DNA of 60,966 bases, the filler included, from Platydemus manokwari (taxonomy: Eukaryota): assembly GCA_037951405.1 (NCBI GenBank). It is 6 parts of 6 records of this genome, joined end to end, with 100 filler letters (N's around TTAATTAATTAA, not from the genome) between each part and the next. Parts side by side here need not be neighbours in the genome. Positions count along the whole stretch, not along the records: positions 22,927 to 34,402 come from JBBMOY010657763.1; positions 34,503 to 43,314 come from JBBMOY011346094.1; 4 more parts are not named here. One strand, given 5' to 3'. Of this stretch, positions 25,536-40,779 are shown piece after piece. Every line of letters starts with the position of its first letter. Within the stretch, counting starts at the first letter, position 1. Made by a program: the position numbers and the translations under genes. The notes below the pieces were generated by a model, which worked only from the letters and a program-made list of their open reading frames with translations, had not been told where the DNA came from and did not search any database.

Positions 25536-28500
25536 TGGAATATTTAAAAATCGCTAATTTTAATTTATGATATTGACGTACAATCATGCCATTTAGTAGT
25601 GTTGACATTGATTTTATCGATTATAAATTCTCAGAGTCATTGACATTTGAATTATCATTGAGTAGTATTATTAATAGTCAAGCTATTTTAAAGAAAAGCA
25701 CTTATTAATGATATCGAGTGTTTCAATTATCTGATTTCAGCAGATGAATGAATCAATAAAATTATCTGAACTTCGTATCACATTTTATATAAGTAGTACA
25801 ATAATCTCCACAAAACTCTCGCGCGTATTTAATGAAATCAATAACATTTTAACTATGATTGCCCTAGTAATATTATTATAAAGCGTTAAAACAATCGATT
25901 GAGCTCTCAAATCATCAAATAAAATACTAAAATAAATCAGATTGATCAATATTTTAACAGATATTTATAGTTGGAAAATGCAGTGAAATCACTTAAATTC
26001 AGAAAAGAAATCAATTAGAAACACATTGATTTTATATTATTCATAATAAATATCATTCATATTAATCTGATACTGGTCTCAAAATATTTTCTAAACTTAA
26101 AATTAATTAGTATAAATCGTTAATTCTAAATACCTAAAATCGATTATCAATAATTTAAATTTTGAATCCATACGTTTCTGAAATCACAATCTCGGATCTT
26201 TCGAAATGTCGTTGATGTGGAAATTGATAATTTCGATTTTTTCTTTATTGATTATTTTTTCTACAGAATTCGATTTATTTCTAATGGTGAGAAGTTTCCA
26301 TTCACAATAATTGTTTTCACATACTTAATCAGCACACTTTATCGTCTTATTCTGTCGAGCGATTTTTGGAAATATAGAAATTATCCCTTTTTAATTCAAA
26401 TAAATATTCCATTGGATTTTGTAATTTTATTACGAAGTCGTACATTTAAGTCAAACTCTTTTTTTAAACTCCACTTTTACTCACTTTGAAAATAATCACT
26501 TCTATCCTGCTTGTAAGAATCTTTAGAAAATCTCGAAACAAAAGGAATTGGTCTGTTTGCTTTTAAGTATACGGAAAATGTAATCATATTGATTATTTAA
26601 TGAATACATCAACAAGTAAGTAGCCAGTAACAATGAGAGAATTTTTCGATTGACATTATTTCATTATGTTAAGAATTATTCCACTGAATAAATCAAGTTT
26701 CGAATGAATGAAATAAGAAAACTCTCAATTAATATTCTTTCTTATTGGGATGGGGATGTTTATATAGAACCTATATACAAATACACCAAGTGCATTCGAC
26801 AAATAGTAACGAGCAGTAATTGTCGGTGAAATGGCTGAGAGAAATGATTAGTCAGAAAATTTTGAAATGGTTTTCATATCTTATCCGGTATTGGTGAATA
26901 GAAAATACTGTAGAATTGAACTAACAGTGAAGTGCTTGTTGCTATTGGAATAACCTTTGCACTAATATTGAAAAAAGGATTTTGGGAAAAAACAAAAAAA
27001 AATCGTAAAAAGTAACTTTAAATTGAATGGGAAAATATAATTTCAATAAAAATAAATGAAGCAGACGATTATTAATTATTAAGCAATATTCCGCATGACA
27101 ATGAGATCGCGAAGACAAACAAAAAATTTCAATGAGCGAAAACTAGATAACTCATTATAAAGTATTTTTGACTTAAAAATTCAAGGACGATCACATTTTG
27201 AAACAAATATAAGTAGCAACCTTTGTTACTAAAAATAAATATAAAATCCCAAAAGAAGCAATTTTTTATAATCAAAATAAGGTGGACCAAAAAATAGACA
27301 TAAGGCTAAAAATGACAACAAATAATTCGGCTAAAATTAAAGATTCCTAAAATAAAATTTTAAATTACATTTTTAAATTTTAAAATACATCCACTACCAG
27401 GTCAGTCATATACACATTCCTTGAATCAAGATTTCATTTTCATTACAATATTTTATTTAAAATGTTAAACGAGAAAGATGTCATTTTCTAAATTCTTATA
27501 CAAGAAACATTGTGAAGAATTTTATTCTATGCAGATGGCTTTCTGTGAAGAATTACATTTCAGAAAGATACTTTCCAAGATATGAAGAATTAATGATGAT
27601 CAGTGAAATCTTTAATTCATCTAAAGCTTCGGTTATTTTCTTAGATATGCGGTTTTACTAAATTTATAAGTTTTCGCTTCAAATTAAATACTTTCATTTA
27701 CATCAACGAAAGTTTCTTGTGTGCAGTAAAGGAATACCCATTTCCTTTCATAGGTTGTGACCTTTAAGTAAGATAAGCTATTGTTATCATCAGAATATTG
27801 GGTATAGAACCTCGGTAAGACTAATGTCTTCAAAAGAAATCTATTATTTTCTAAATCTGTTATTGTACGCTTCAGTCTATAGATATTTTGTGTATGTTTT
27901 CTTTCTTCATCTTTTCTTTTTATTGTTAAGTTATATTTGCATTAACCAAAACATCATCATTTATATACGATAGTCTCAAATAGTTTGAAAACCATTGATT
28001 TAATAGAATAATAGCAATCGAAAATAGGTTATACCTGAAGGATGTGAGTGGGAACGAGAACTCTTTAGAATTTTAATTTCATTTGATTCGAGGATTCTGG
28101 TATTTTTTTACAAAATCTGTCTTATGCATAATTTTCAATTTTATTTATGTCATTATAAAATTAAATAATCTACACAACATGCTAACCATTTGGATTTTAA
28201 TGACAAAAATTCATGATTCAAAAATTCAACATGCTTTTATGTGATAACTGATATCTATGATATCTGTAACAAAATAATTCTTTAATTAAAACAAATATAG
28301 TTTTGTGAAAATAATATAAGCAGCTATGTTTTTGTTATAATGGAGAGTTATGTTACAAAAAATCTAAATGCTCTCAATGATGAACCAAACTACTGACAGC
28401 TAATTAAATTCACAAAAATTTGAAGATTGACCTCGTCGGTATAACATAACCCTCCTTTCACAATGAGTAACTTAACACATCAAATATCTGTCGGTGCTGT

Positions 28501-31114
28501 GAAGAAACTCAGATTCAAACTTTGGAATTCTTAACTGACAATCAAATCTTATCATTGGTTGACTTTATAACTATATGTATTGATTTTTTATGTGTAATTT
28601 GAATCTTGGAAGTAATCTTTCGTTTGACTCTTGTATCATTATGAATACACCCTAACTTTGAAATGAACTATCATTATGTGATGAACCAATTGATAATCAA
28701 TTATTTGTGTAGAAATAAATAAGTAAAATCTTGAATATCACATATAAGGTGAGGAAAAAACACCCACTTAGAAATAATAAATTGGCTCAAATGCATATTT
28801 TTTGCTTTAAGGGCCCGTATATATGTTTCCTTTCAATTTTATTTCAATGAATTTATATCCATTAATTTTCTATTATTGCTCTAACACTATCTTGTCTAAT
28901 TAACCTCAGGAGTTCTATTTAGAACCCGAGGTAGCAAAAAAACCTGAGTTATTAACGAATTTTGATCATTCTGCTCCTATGTGACGATTGGGAGTGTCAA
29001 GATAGTGTTTTTACTTTAATATTTTGCCTCACTCGTATTTAATGCTTTACTCGGTAAATTTATTTTTCTTTATTAAGTTTACTATATATCCAAATGATGT
29101 GATTACTGTTAACACAATGAACTAGTACTAAACAGTCTGCCTAGAAAATGTATTGATTATTAAATATAACACTAAATAAAGTTACGATTATAAATACAAG
29201 TTTCGAATTAGGGCATGATACAGGAGCAGTACCTTTAGGAAAGAGTTGTTCACAAAAATTCATTTTAAAACATGAATTTTAGAAGAGAGATATTTTATCT
29301 TACCTTTAATCAATACTTGGAACCAACTGTCCACTGGAACTTTGATGAAACAATCTGGATAGATAGATCATATAAAATAACTGCCGATTTTAGTGATTTC
29401 ATCAATGCTTTTGTAATTAACGGTTCAGGGAACTGACTTTTGTCATATTATTTATACTGAGTTGGTTGATGGGTATAATCCCCCAGACTTTTCTTTTAAT
29501 TAACTGGGATTTATTTCTGGGGTTTCTACTGTATAATTTATTTTAGGATATCTTAAATAAACCGGGATAAATTTTTCACGATTTAAGGGATTATATTTAA
29601 TATTTTTAAATATAACTGACAAGCTGCAACTGGAATATTTTGTTTTTATTTGCTCTTTACACAACATAAATATTACGACTCCTAGTAAAATAACATTAGA
29701 TATTCTCACATAATTAAATGTTTTTTTACATTTTTTCTTTTTACAATTTTTCTATAATATTACATAAACATTTTTTACATTTTTGCAGTAAAATAATTAC
29801 ATAAAATTTTATATATTTTTATATATTAACCAATAACCAATACAATGACGAAAATTATTAAACATGCCTACAGATAATTATTTTCACGATTATTGTTAAA
29901 TTACTTGGCGTTGTTTATCCCAATATAGTAATGGAAATAAGCAGAAATAACCAATAGACATCCAGTATTGAAATATCTATAGAGGCAACAATAAAATAGG
30001 GAAAATTGTAAAAATAACTTTTTGGTATTCAAGAACAATAATTTTTAAAATAAAAAGCCAAAGAAATTTCGACAAATAATAAATCACTGATTAACGTGAC
30101 TGCCTAATCATGAGTATAAATATTTGACAAATGAGTGAAGACATCTGATATGAATGAGAAATAAAATTAATAATTTTAAAATATCGGTTAATAAATTCCT
30201 TTGAAAGGAAAATAGACAATTTTTCAATGCTAGCTTACTTTCTATCAGGGAAGGGGGGTGCTATCGAGTGTTGACATATTAAAATGACATATGAGGTCAC
30301 AAAAAATTCACCTTCGGAATTCTTTCGATGACAATGAAAATGGTGACACAAGCAAAGAAATAATTTACAAAGAAAACATGAAATGAATAGCAACAAAAAT
30401 AATAGTCAGATAAAATTTAGATGAAAACGTATGAAATCCAATGACATCGATCATAGATAGCAGAATCCAATATTTCAGAGTAAGCAATGGTGAAGTGCTT
30501 GAGGAAATCATGGCAAATTAGCTGCTTTTAGCAATATTGATGAAATATGATAATATATGCAATAGTTTAATACCTGTGAGGGTAGACAATATATTGTAAT
30601 ACAAGCTCGCCAATATCTGACTCGTCGCTGTGCCGAAGCGTAGTTTGGGTGTATAAATCCGAGTTATATAGATATAAAATAAATTAATCGAAGTCAGTAA
30701 TGTTTATTTAATCAATATGATATATTCAATTATACAATAATAACAATTACACGAGATGATTTAAACTTTAATTCATTTTATAAATGGAGCATTGAGATTT
30801 CCTGAAGACAATTAAAAATCAGAGAACTATTACCACCCAAATCTGGTGAGAAAAGAGGTCTGCGAAGATAAATAAGAAAGATGTCAAATGTTCTCTGAAA
30901 ACTTTGATGTGGTGAATTTACGATTTAATAATTCTCTGTCGGGGAATAATATTAACATAACGTAATGATTATTCTGCATTATTTTGCACTGTTTGATATC
31001 TTTTATTATTAATACCATAATTATTTGTGCAATTTTATGTATTTTGTATTTCCTTATATACTAATTATTTATTTATTCTTACTTTTTTTGATTTTTTGTC
31101 TTATCTTCCAATCA

Positions 31115-31151
31115 AGTTACCATGACAACTAATTAGATTGTTATGGTAACT
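31115..31151. promoter_or_regulatory. 37-bp palindrome containing two RFX X-box-like sites
   Basis: AGTTACCATGACAA-CTAATTAG-A-TTGTTATGGTAACT. GTTACCATGACAAC fits the X-box consensus; the arms are 13/14 complementary. Confidence 0.4.
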
Positions 31152-33432
31152 CATGGGTTGTCACGACTCTGATGTTTAATGTGATGTTTATGTTTTTATT
31201 TCTCAAAATTGAATTATTAATAATACTGATTCAAATATTGAACATTTCCAGTTTTTTTGACATGTTAAATATTGATTTTAATTGTTTTTATTATTAAACA
31301 TTACATTAACATTTAAATTTTTATGTGAATTTTTATAATTATAAATTTTGCAAATATATATTATGATTCCAATGATTTCGAACTGAATTACGATTCGAAT
31401 TATTTTATTAATTGGAATACATTAAATTAGTTTGTTGTTTGTAGCACTGCATTGATTTCTTAAGTGTTTTTGTTTTTAATTTCAAAAAAGTGTGTTTTCA
31501 ATAGTCTCATTTTGAGTGTTTTTATAGTTTTAATTCAAAAAGTGTTTTATTTTAGACTGCAATGTTTTTCACTATAGTGTTGTATAACACATGTTTTTGT
31601 TTCTTAGTTTCTTACATAATATATTGTTTCTTATTTAATATCTGTTTTGTTTCTTGTGATATTCCTGCACGAAAAAATAAAAATTGGGTTTTACCTCCCA
31701 ATCATCTGACAGATGCAATGAACTCAATATATATAGATATAGCAGAGGTACTGATGAATGAAACCTTTTTCGGAATAGAAACTTTATTTATGTTTATTAT
31801 GAAGATGATAATCAGGATAGACCGAGACTCATAGGTATTTATGTAGGCTACTCCGTAATCAAATGTTTAAACTTTTAAAAACAAATATCGAAATTGATTT
31901 GTCAAAGGAGTTAGTATCAAGCAAATTGACGGTGCAAGTGTAATTATTGATTTAAAATGTTATCTCCGTTGCAACCATTAACATCAACAGATTTGTTATA
32001 ATCATTCACATTTACCAGCAATATATTATATACAAAGATAAATATTTTATTGAAAATAATACCAGAAGAGAAATTAGATGCATTGACGATAACCTGAATC
32101 AGTTAGAATATGATTCATTTTCAGAAGAACAAAATGAGTTCAAAATAAACACACAAACTATTAATAAATGATTCAATTGATATCCATTCCTCAATAAATC
32201 GGAATCAAGTGATTGCGAAAATTTCATTTCTTCAAAATCATGCAGTAACAATAGTGAAAACCTGGTTACGGATGTTACTGGCCTGTGAAATTCAGTGGGA
32301 TAATTTGATAAGATTAAAAAATCTATCCATCTGATAAACCAATCATCAATGAGCTAAACGATCTTAATTTCAAACATGTGTTGGAAGAAATAAAAGAATT
32401 ATTGTAATAGCATCTCGGTAATAATGAAAACTTATTTTAAAATTTTTCATTAGTGTCCTTGAAGGAAATTGTTCTGTACTGATCATTGTCATTTTATTTG
32501 TTATATTGTTTTAATTTAATACTAATAGATGAATTTTTTAACTGCTTACATATAGTTTTACGGAAAATTAATGTAAAAATTCATTTGAATTGCACATTCA
32601 GATGTCAAATATATCTCGAATTTAAAGGACAACATTTGGAATATGAATTATAATTGATTTCATTATTCTGATGACATCTTTCCAATGTTAATTATATGTT
32701 GATTGTTTTGTCTTATTTTGTAAAAGCTCAGTTTATAAAAAACCATGTATAATTGTTTTCATAAAACAAATATAGTAATCATAAATTGTCAGATTTTCAT
32801 AATTGATTACATAACATTGGTTTTGAAAGATTTGATAGAAATTAAGAAAAATCTCATATTGTTGGTTACTAAAATGCAACGGGAAAGAATTATCGACTGC
32901 TCATATCACATTTTTAATGATAAAGTTGACACCAGCTTAAGTTTTCAAAAAAACATTTATTTATTTGTCACTCGAATTGAAGTGCAAAATAACAAAACAA
33001 ATTCAAATTTCTGATAAACATGTCTTAAATAACAGAAATAAGCTATTTGATTATCAATAAAATAACTTTGAAAGATAAAGATCGATCTAAATTAAACATT
33101 GGATAATAAAAGAGATAAACTTTGATTATATTTCATGTAAAAGAAAGCAATTTACAGTATCGAATATATAAATAATCAACAAAATTGAAACATCAGAACT
33201 GAATAAAAATTGAACATCATTAACAACAATCATTGAATCAACCAATCGTCATCACATAAATCATTATTGACCAATTAAATCACTACATTACAATAATGCA
33301 AATCAATACTACTGACAACAATCAACACACACGATTATCTTCAATAAAAGTCGCATTCAAAATAAATTTAATAGAAAAATTTAGAAAAATCGTCAAAACT
33401 AGATTATTCGAAAAAATTATTCAGTGAGAAAG

Positions 33433-34178
33433 TTATTTTTTCTTTTTGATCGTGTTTCCTTGTTTAGCTTGCTCGATCATTGCTTTTCTTTTGTCAAAAT
33501 TACTGATGTCTTCTTCAAGAATTCGTCTTCTTTCCTCCAATTTGCGTTTTTCTTCAGCGTTGGCCTTCTTTAGAGCTTCAAATTTGACGAGAAGCTATAA
33601 AAGATGCCTATCAAACACTGACAACACTAAACCAATTTTGACAAACCTCTTTATCTGACTCTTTGAGTTGGTTTTCTTTTTCTTTGACTCGTAAAAAGAA
33701 CATCTGCCTAATTTCTTCTTCCTTTTGTTTGAGCTCTTTCGTCTGAGTTTCCCGACGTTGTTGGTAAGTTTCTTGAAGAGACATGTTTTCATTATCACTG
33801 AATCCCATCTCGATTAATCGATGTTTCCTGTATGTTTCATAGTGCACCAAATGAGTCCTCTCACGTAAATCATCCATATTCGTTCGTAATAACATGTCAC
33901 GTAATCGAATGAAATCACAATGAACTTCATTATCGATTTGTACAGTTCCCCAAGGATATTGACGAACACGTGACATTTTACCATTGGGCATTTTGGCCTC
34001 ATCATTACTACCAACGACAGCAAATGGAAGCAATTGCTACAAGATCATATTCAAAAACCATTAAAACAATCAAACAAAATGAACAAACATTCATTTGTGT
34101 ATTTAATTCCCGAACAGTATCATCAGTAGTTGGGAATTGGTAAATGTTTATCTTGTTTGTTTGTATCTCACTCATGAT
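33433..34178 (-). CDS. Septin, SEPT6/8/10/11 group (Drosophila Sep2-like), 3' partial; exons 34178-34089, 34036-33647, 33594-33433
   Basis: Motifs [66 protein letters not shown]. Two 52-nt GT-AG introns keep frame; ends ...NTIKKKK*. The N-terminal GTPase part lies beyond the contig end. Confidence 0.95.
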
Positions 34179-34402
34179 CTATTTGAAATATAAATCACAT
34201 CAATTTATATATTAAAATTAATGATAAAACAGAAAATATTTTATTAATCATACTGTTTATAATTAACCAGTAGCAAAACAAATTATAAATAGAATATTTA
34301 ATCAACCAATCAAAAATCTGCTATTCGAAATCAACAAATATACAAATACAAATCTGTATACATATCGACAAGGATCTAATTTTTAAAATAGAAATGATCG
34401 AT

Positions 34403-34502
34403 NNNNNNNNNNNNNNNNNNNNNNNNNNNNNNNNNNNNNNNNNNNNTTAATTAATTAANNNNNNNNNNNNNNNNNNNNNNNNNNNNNNNNNNNNNNNNNN
34501 NN
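34403..34502. other. Artificial contig spacer
   Basis: Same construct; it truncates the septin gene. Confidence 0.98.
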
Positions 34503-37449
34503 CGTTGTTTCTTTTGTTTTTGTTCAGAATCGTTATCCATTTAAATCAAGGATTCAAAACAGTGCAATAAACAATGTAATCAATATAAACGATTAAAATA
34601 AAATGGTTATTGTCACGGTGAAAATTGTTTTTTACTGATAGGTTGATGATTTTAAAATCATGTGTTTTTAACGCAAAAAGTGCAGCTAAACGTGTTGTAG
34701 TTTATACGACTAAAAAATACATTTTTATAAAAATGTCATCTGCAGCTAATACGAGCTGCACCTTATACTCGGGATTTTACAGTATATCATTATATTTCAT
34801 TCAATGATTTTCAGCAAATAAATCTGGCTGATTTATCAACATATTGAATAAGTTCTTGAATAAATTGTTTAAATTAAGACCGTTCAGATGTACGGAATTT
34901 ATATTAGTTTATTCAATGCATTTTTTATAAATTTCCATTGGCCACAAAATTCTACTTTATATATACATTTGTGATAATATGTAGGGATATAAGTAATAGT
35001 TTATTCGTCAACCCATCAGATTAAGAGTGACTTCATATTTACCAACTTTAATTAACTAAGTAATCATCTTTGAATGCTTGGAAAACGAGAATAAATAAAA
35101 TCATTTAATAACAGCAACTGAAATGATCATGTTATTTAAGCTGTTAAAAATGAGTCTTCAGAAACTTTTCTTGTCTTTGTTGTGCTGCCTAATCTGTCAG
35201 AGTGCAAAAAGCGATTTTGCTAAAGTTTGTAGTTGCCATTCGAATTTGAGATATGGTTTGATTGTTACCAGACCTGCTACCGTAACAAATGCAAAAATCC
35301 TTATACCGGCAACGCATTTCACTCTGACGTTAGATATTTATTAAATGAAACATTTGTTGCAGCTTCTTATCTTGTTTGAGATACATGCACAAAAAGTGTG
35401 GCCGATGACACATCTTTCATAAAAAGAAATATCAGCAGCCATCACGTATTGCAATTGATGCACAAAACTTTTGTCTAATTGGCTCTTTGATCAGTGACGT
35501 CTTTGATCAATTTTGATTGGTCAATTGTTGTCACAAATTTTATTCCAATTAGATAAAAGTAGACTAAATGTTTTAGCTAAGATATTTTTATTTTCGTTCA
35601 CATTCTATTGATTAGTTATTCAACAAATCTTTTTGTTTGCATTAAAATAAAGTTTATTTAGGAAAATTAAATTTTCAACACCGTGAAAATTTTTGTGAAA
35701 CCTATTGACAAAGTACTTCATCATCTCTTCCAGCTGTAAAGACTGTGTTTCACCATCTTATGTGAGTTATAGGATTCTGTATAACCGATAATAACTTGGT
35801 GTAATTTAATCGTTGTCAAAGTCTTTTTCATTTTTTCCCATTGATGTTTTGCGGTAGTCTATAAAGTAAAATTTTCTACTTTGGAGTGAAACCGCGTCTT
35901 TACTTCTAAATCGACATTGGATAAGTTAGAATAAGCAGTCGATTATGATACTAAATAACAAGGAGTCGTAAATCTGCTTCTAAAGTCTATCAAGTCTCCT
36001 CGGACGAACTGTTAAACTAATTTCTTTCTTTCGGCGGAATATTTCGATAAAAAATGTCAAAGCACAAACCATCTTATAAAATGCAATGCTAAGCCAAAAT
36101 TTTCAAAATATTTATTTGTGTAAGAATAATAGATCGCCAAAAGATTGTATTTTGTTAAAATCTCACCCCACTCAGCAGTTTACAATTATTTTATAAATGA
36201 TATGGATTTGAATAATATGTGGCGTATAATACCATCATGATGCTGAGTAAATCAATGCATTAATCGTAACTTTAATGTTGAAATAAATTTATCAATGGAA
36301 TCCATTTGAAGACCTTGTTTAAATATCTGCACATCTGTATTCACGAGTTACTTGAACAACTATTAACTAATCATAAAGATAAAGTTCGCCTGATAAAGTA
36401 AAATTTTCACAAGCTACTGCGTTTTATGATAAAAATAATTCGAATGAATATAATTCCATCTTTAGGTCATTTATTCAGGTTTCTTATACATGGAATTCAG
36501 ATTATTTACATTTTCGAAACTTACAAATTCTATGTCAACCGACAACCCATGAAATATTTTAAATAAATGTCAAAGATCTTTCATAGGCATTACCAACATA
36601 TGCAATCCATTGAAACCAATAGCAAAAATAAAACATTGATAAATTTAAATACAAACACAAATTCCTCGTCATTACACCTAATAAAGAAATAATTACTTTC
36701 TCGTATAATGTTTACAAAAATTTAATATTTTACATAACTAACTTAATTAACAAAGACTACACAATCAAATAAGTTTGAAAATAAGTCGTTATCGAAATGC
36801 TAATCTGGAAATAATCATAACTCAAATTAGTAATGATAATCAAAACAAAAGACAATAATAAGAAAGAATGAAATCATTTAAAAATATTTATTAGAAAAAA
36901 TATTCAGTTTTTAATAAATCATAATCTTCATGCCACTAAGCATTTCAAATTTATATCCATTTCGCATAAAATAATAGCATAATAAAACAAAATCTAATTT
37001 TTTAACAAATATGAATATTCAAAATTAATTTAAATATTCATTAATTCATATTAGTAGTATGACGTCATAAATTTTAACAAATAAATTTAATCTTACATAA
37101 TGCAACTAAAACAATATTCATGGAATTCTTGCATCTAAAAATTCTGTTATGGATTTTTGTCGTTCACATATAAGCTATCGAATTGCTGCTCACTATTTTT
37201 CACTACAACAAATACACATTTTAATGACTAACTCTACTGTACTCGATAAAATAGATGATTCTGCAAATGCTTTTATTTTCGTAACTGATTTATATTTTAA
37301 ATATTTTAATTTCAGCTTTTGAAATTTTTTAACTTGGATTATGTACCTTAGAAATCTCAAAGAAAGAATGATTCAAAATAATCCTAGTACATCAAGAATG
37401 ATTTAAAGTGATCCTGTACATGACGAACAGAATTATAAATTAATAATAA

Positions 37450-39315
37450 AGTTAGATTATATTGGAAATTCTATTTGTTCAAATATTCTGAGTGGCGTGT
37501 GATTTTTAAATAAATAAATATTGATAGAATTAAATGACGTTTTTACTGGCTAACATCCCGAAATAAATGCTATAACGAGAGCAAAACTAGAAGAAAAGCA
37601 GAAGATATTTGTTAATCTGCCACAGAGAATTATCATTTGCATTCGACATGCTGTTGAGAGACGATGCCAAACAACTGTGACAAGGATATTGCGGTATCAA
37701 AGAAATTATTTCAAATGAAGAAATTGAGAAATTATTTTTAGAAACTTTCACACATGCAAGACTGTATATAACTACTTCCAGGATCTGGCAGCATAGCAGA
37801 AAAGACCAGATGAGAAGTATCGAAGTTATGAACTTAGGGTAAAAAAGCTAGTTTCGGAGGTGTTTGATAAGAAAAACACTCTTGAAGAAATTTCAAGACT
37901 AAATATTCTGTAATGTTTAAATAGCAAGAATCTGATATAGTATTTCACTTTCGACCTTGCAATGTCCGACGATAGAAGAAGAGAATTGACAGTCATTTCC
38001 GAGAAGATAAATCCGACGAAGCCAATAAATGCCATCAAGAGGACATATCCAGTCAATATAAGAAATTTATCGAAGAAAAACTTTTCAGAAGGAGATTTCT
38101 TACAAAATGCCAAGCCCAATTATGTAGGAAAGAGATTTTGATGTAAAAAAAACCATCGAACATCAATTAATCATATGGAATCTCCAAGCACTACAAGACC
38201 AACAAGATCAATTAAGTTTATTGCGTTTAAATTGTACAACGATTGTAGAAGAAAATCCACACCACCTGGTGATTATTTAAAACCATGAACTCGTTTTTGT
38301 TGTGGTGAGCTTGGATACAGGGAGTTTGAATGTCCAATGCGGAATAGATGTTTAATATGCAAAAAAGATGGACATCAGTTCAGAGAATGTCATTTATCTA
38401 GAAAGACTAGTTGCAATAGTTAGAAGAAAATACTATGCATCCATGACGAAAAAAATGGAGCCGATATTCAAATCGAAAGTGAAGCAATTGATTAATGTAG
38501 CTTACTCTCCATTGAAGTCAAAAAACTGGAATCAACCTCCTATGCCTATCTCGTCACTAAGATTGAGTCAATAAGGCACATATCAACTAGAGATAAAGAA
38601 GATAGACGGCAAGAGGAAGAGGAAGCATTTATAGATGTATCAAAAAGCAGATGGCAGACACTGGAGTACAATTGATAGTGACAGTACACAGATTGAAATG
38701 TTATGAGATTCTGGTACATCGATAACACTAATGAATGAGAGTAATTGGAGGCGCATTGTAGAGACCTAATTGAAAAATTCTGATGTTAGATTGGCTGGTG
38801 CATTCTCCAAAACACATAAATCATGTCTTGGAAAAATAAGAGTCCCAATAGTTTGGAACAAAATTTCTACCAAAAGATATCATTGTGGTAAAAGAGATTT
38901 CACCCGGATTTATTGGAGGAGTTGATATGATGAATACTTGTGGAATATTCTTTGCAGGGATAGAATTAATTGATGCCAAAGACGTAGGAAAGAAATTCAG
39001 AGAGCAAGACAGAATCGAAATGGCATTGAAGAGTATCGCTGATGAGAATGATATTTCATGGAATAAATGCATAAAAGAAAATGGATTAATTTTTACGGCT
39101 TCTCGGTTCGATTTGGGACTAACAGATACGGCGAAGCACAAGATTCGCAAAATATGGGAACCTATTACACAGAACCTCTGAAGGCAACCAATAAATTTAG
39201 AAACCAAATTTGAAGAGTTGATAGAAAATCTTTTTGAAAATTATGTCATAACGCCTTGAAAAAGCTCTTAGAATTCCTCCTTGGTCGTTGTTCCAAGAAA
39301 GATGGATCGATCATA
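37450..39315 (+). mobile_element. Decayed, 3'-truncated Ty3/Gypsy element related to 16689-17776
   Basis: 98-bp LTR AGTTAGAT...TTTTACT (37450-37547) followed by GG. Gag HPEINAITRAK.EE.QK.F.NLPQ. CCHC knuckle CLICKKDGHQFREC plus a decayed upstream knuckle. Protease DSGTS at ~38707. RT N-terminus (...NSSLVVVP). Many stops and frameshifts. Confidence 0.88.
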
Positions 39316-39864
39316 GATCATCACTTTAAAAGAATCAGCGAATCATTTTGTTCACAGTGCTTCACTCAGCACTAAGTAGCTAAAGAAGATAAGAAGTAGG
39401 TTTATTAATGTTGTCTTTTGAATGCTAACACTTTATTAAGAAGATGCTCTTCAAAATCTTTAGAAGTGATTACAATATCACCAATATACAGCAATGCATT
39501 TGAGACATCTTTTAATAAGAAGTCCATTGCTCTTTCAACCAAAATGCAAACGCATTGAGGTCATATGAGCCATCATCACTTATAAACCGTGTTTTGCATT
39601 TATCATCACGCATAGTAGAAAATAGATACACAAAACAATAACAACAATATAATAATTGAAAATCTATCCAATCAAAACGAAAGGAGTATTTCACAATCTG
39701 TTTCAATTACTCTGCGCTTATTAAAAATTGATATTTGAATAAGCAGAACTCATACTAATTCAATCTGTTAAACTATATGTTGCTTTGTGTTGATAACCAA
39801 TTAAATTTAACCGAATTATATTTTGGTCTTCACATATTATTTCAACATATTTAGAAAAACTCCA

Positions 39865-40779
39865 ATGCTGAAATTAAATCTAAAGTTCCCAGGTGACAGT
39901 CTAGCATTCTTTATTGTGAGATGCATTTTGTTACCAATATTTGCGTTTTTGAATATTTTAATTCTATTATTTCTCAGAAGCCATCGAATTGCTTCATTCA
40001 ATGCTATAATTCTTATTAAAATTCAAACTTATTTCGATTTAGCTATGATTCTGTTTATGCCACTTTACAATTTTACTCCAAATCCCGCTCCGATTAATAA
40101 TAATTTTATGATGGTCCTCTGCATTTTATCCCAAGAAATAATTTTCTTCCGGTTTTTCACAATATGCAGTCTCAATTTTATGATTTTGTTAATTCTAGAT
40201 AGGTTTGTATGTATTGTGCTACCCATGCACTACAAATCGATATCAAGAAAAAAGCTTTATATTGCCATTAGCATAGTGATTATAGTGAGCTTATTATTAG
40301 AAGCTAATAATGTTTTAATTATGTACATTCATTTTGGAAAAATCTTAGGAAATAGAAGTGAAAATTCTACAATTTGTAAAACAGTGTATACTGGTGTCTC
40401 TATTCATCTAAATGTCATATTTGGTACATTGGTACCTTTTATAATATTAACAGCTTTCAATGTAACTTCGACAGTTGTGTTAATGAGATCTATTCAAAAT
40501 CGAGTTTACCTATTTGAAACAACTCGAAATTATGTAAAGAGTAACTTAGCAGTTCGATTTTCATTGGCTAATTTCGTTTCAATTTTTTGTTATGGATTTA
40601 TATTGCTATTCATGGCTATCTTCTCAATCATATCCTATGCTAGCAAAGATGATAAGTTACTTGGTTATTACCAATACAACAATAAATACGCATTCGTATG
40701 TCTTACTCCAGTGAACCCGATTATATACACGATTTTGTTCAAAAATTTTCGAAGATTTATCATTTGTAAATTACGATAG
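39865..40779 (+). CDS. Class A (rhodopsin-like) GPCR, orphan
   Basis: About seven hydrophobic segments, TM3 LDRFVCIVLPMHY, TM5 VPF, TM7 NPIIY, helix 8 FRRF. First ATG at 39865; an upstream exon spliced to the AG at 39854 is possible. Confidence 0.88.
   Translation: MLKLNLKFPGDSLAFFIVRCILLPIFAFLNILILLFLRSHRIASFNAIILIKIQTYFDLAMILFMPLYNFTPNPAPINNNFMMVLCILSQEIIFFRFFTICSLNFMILLILDRFVCIVLPMHYKSISRKKLYIAISIVIIVSLLLEANNVLIMYIHFGKILGNRSENSTICKTVYTGVSIHLNVIFGTLVPFIILTAFNVTSTVVLMRSIQNRVYLFETTRNYVKSNLAVRFSLANFVSIFCYGFILLFMAIFSIISYASKDDKLLGYYQYNNKYAFVCLTPVNPIIYTILFKNFRRFIICKLR

Noticed and set aside
28900-29709. Type II membrane or LicD-like pseudogene
   Set aside because: Has a signal-anchor-like start and a splice donor, but no diagnostic catalytic motif is recoverable.
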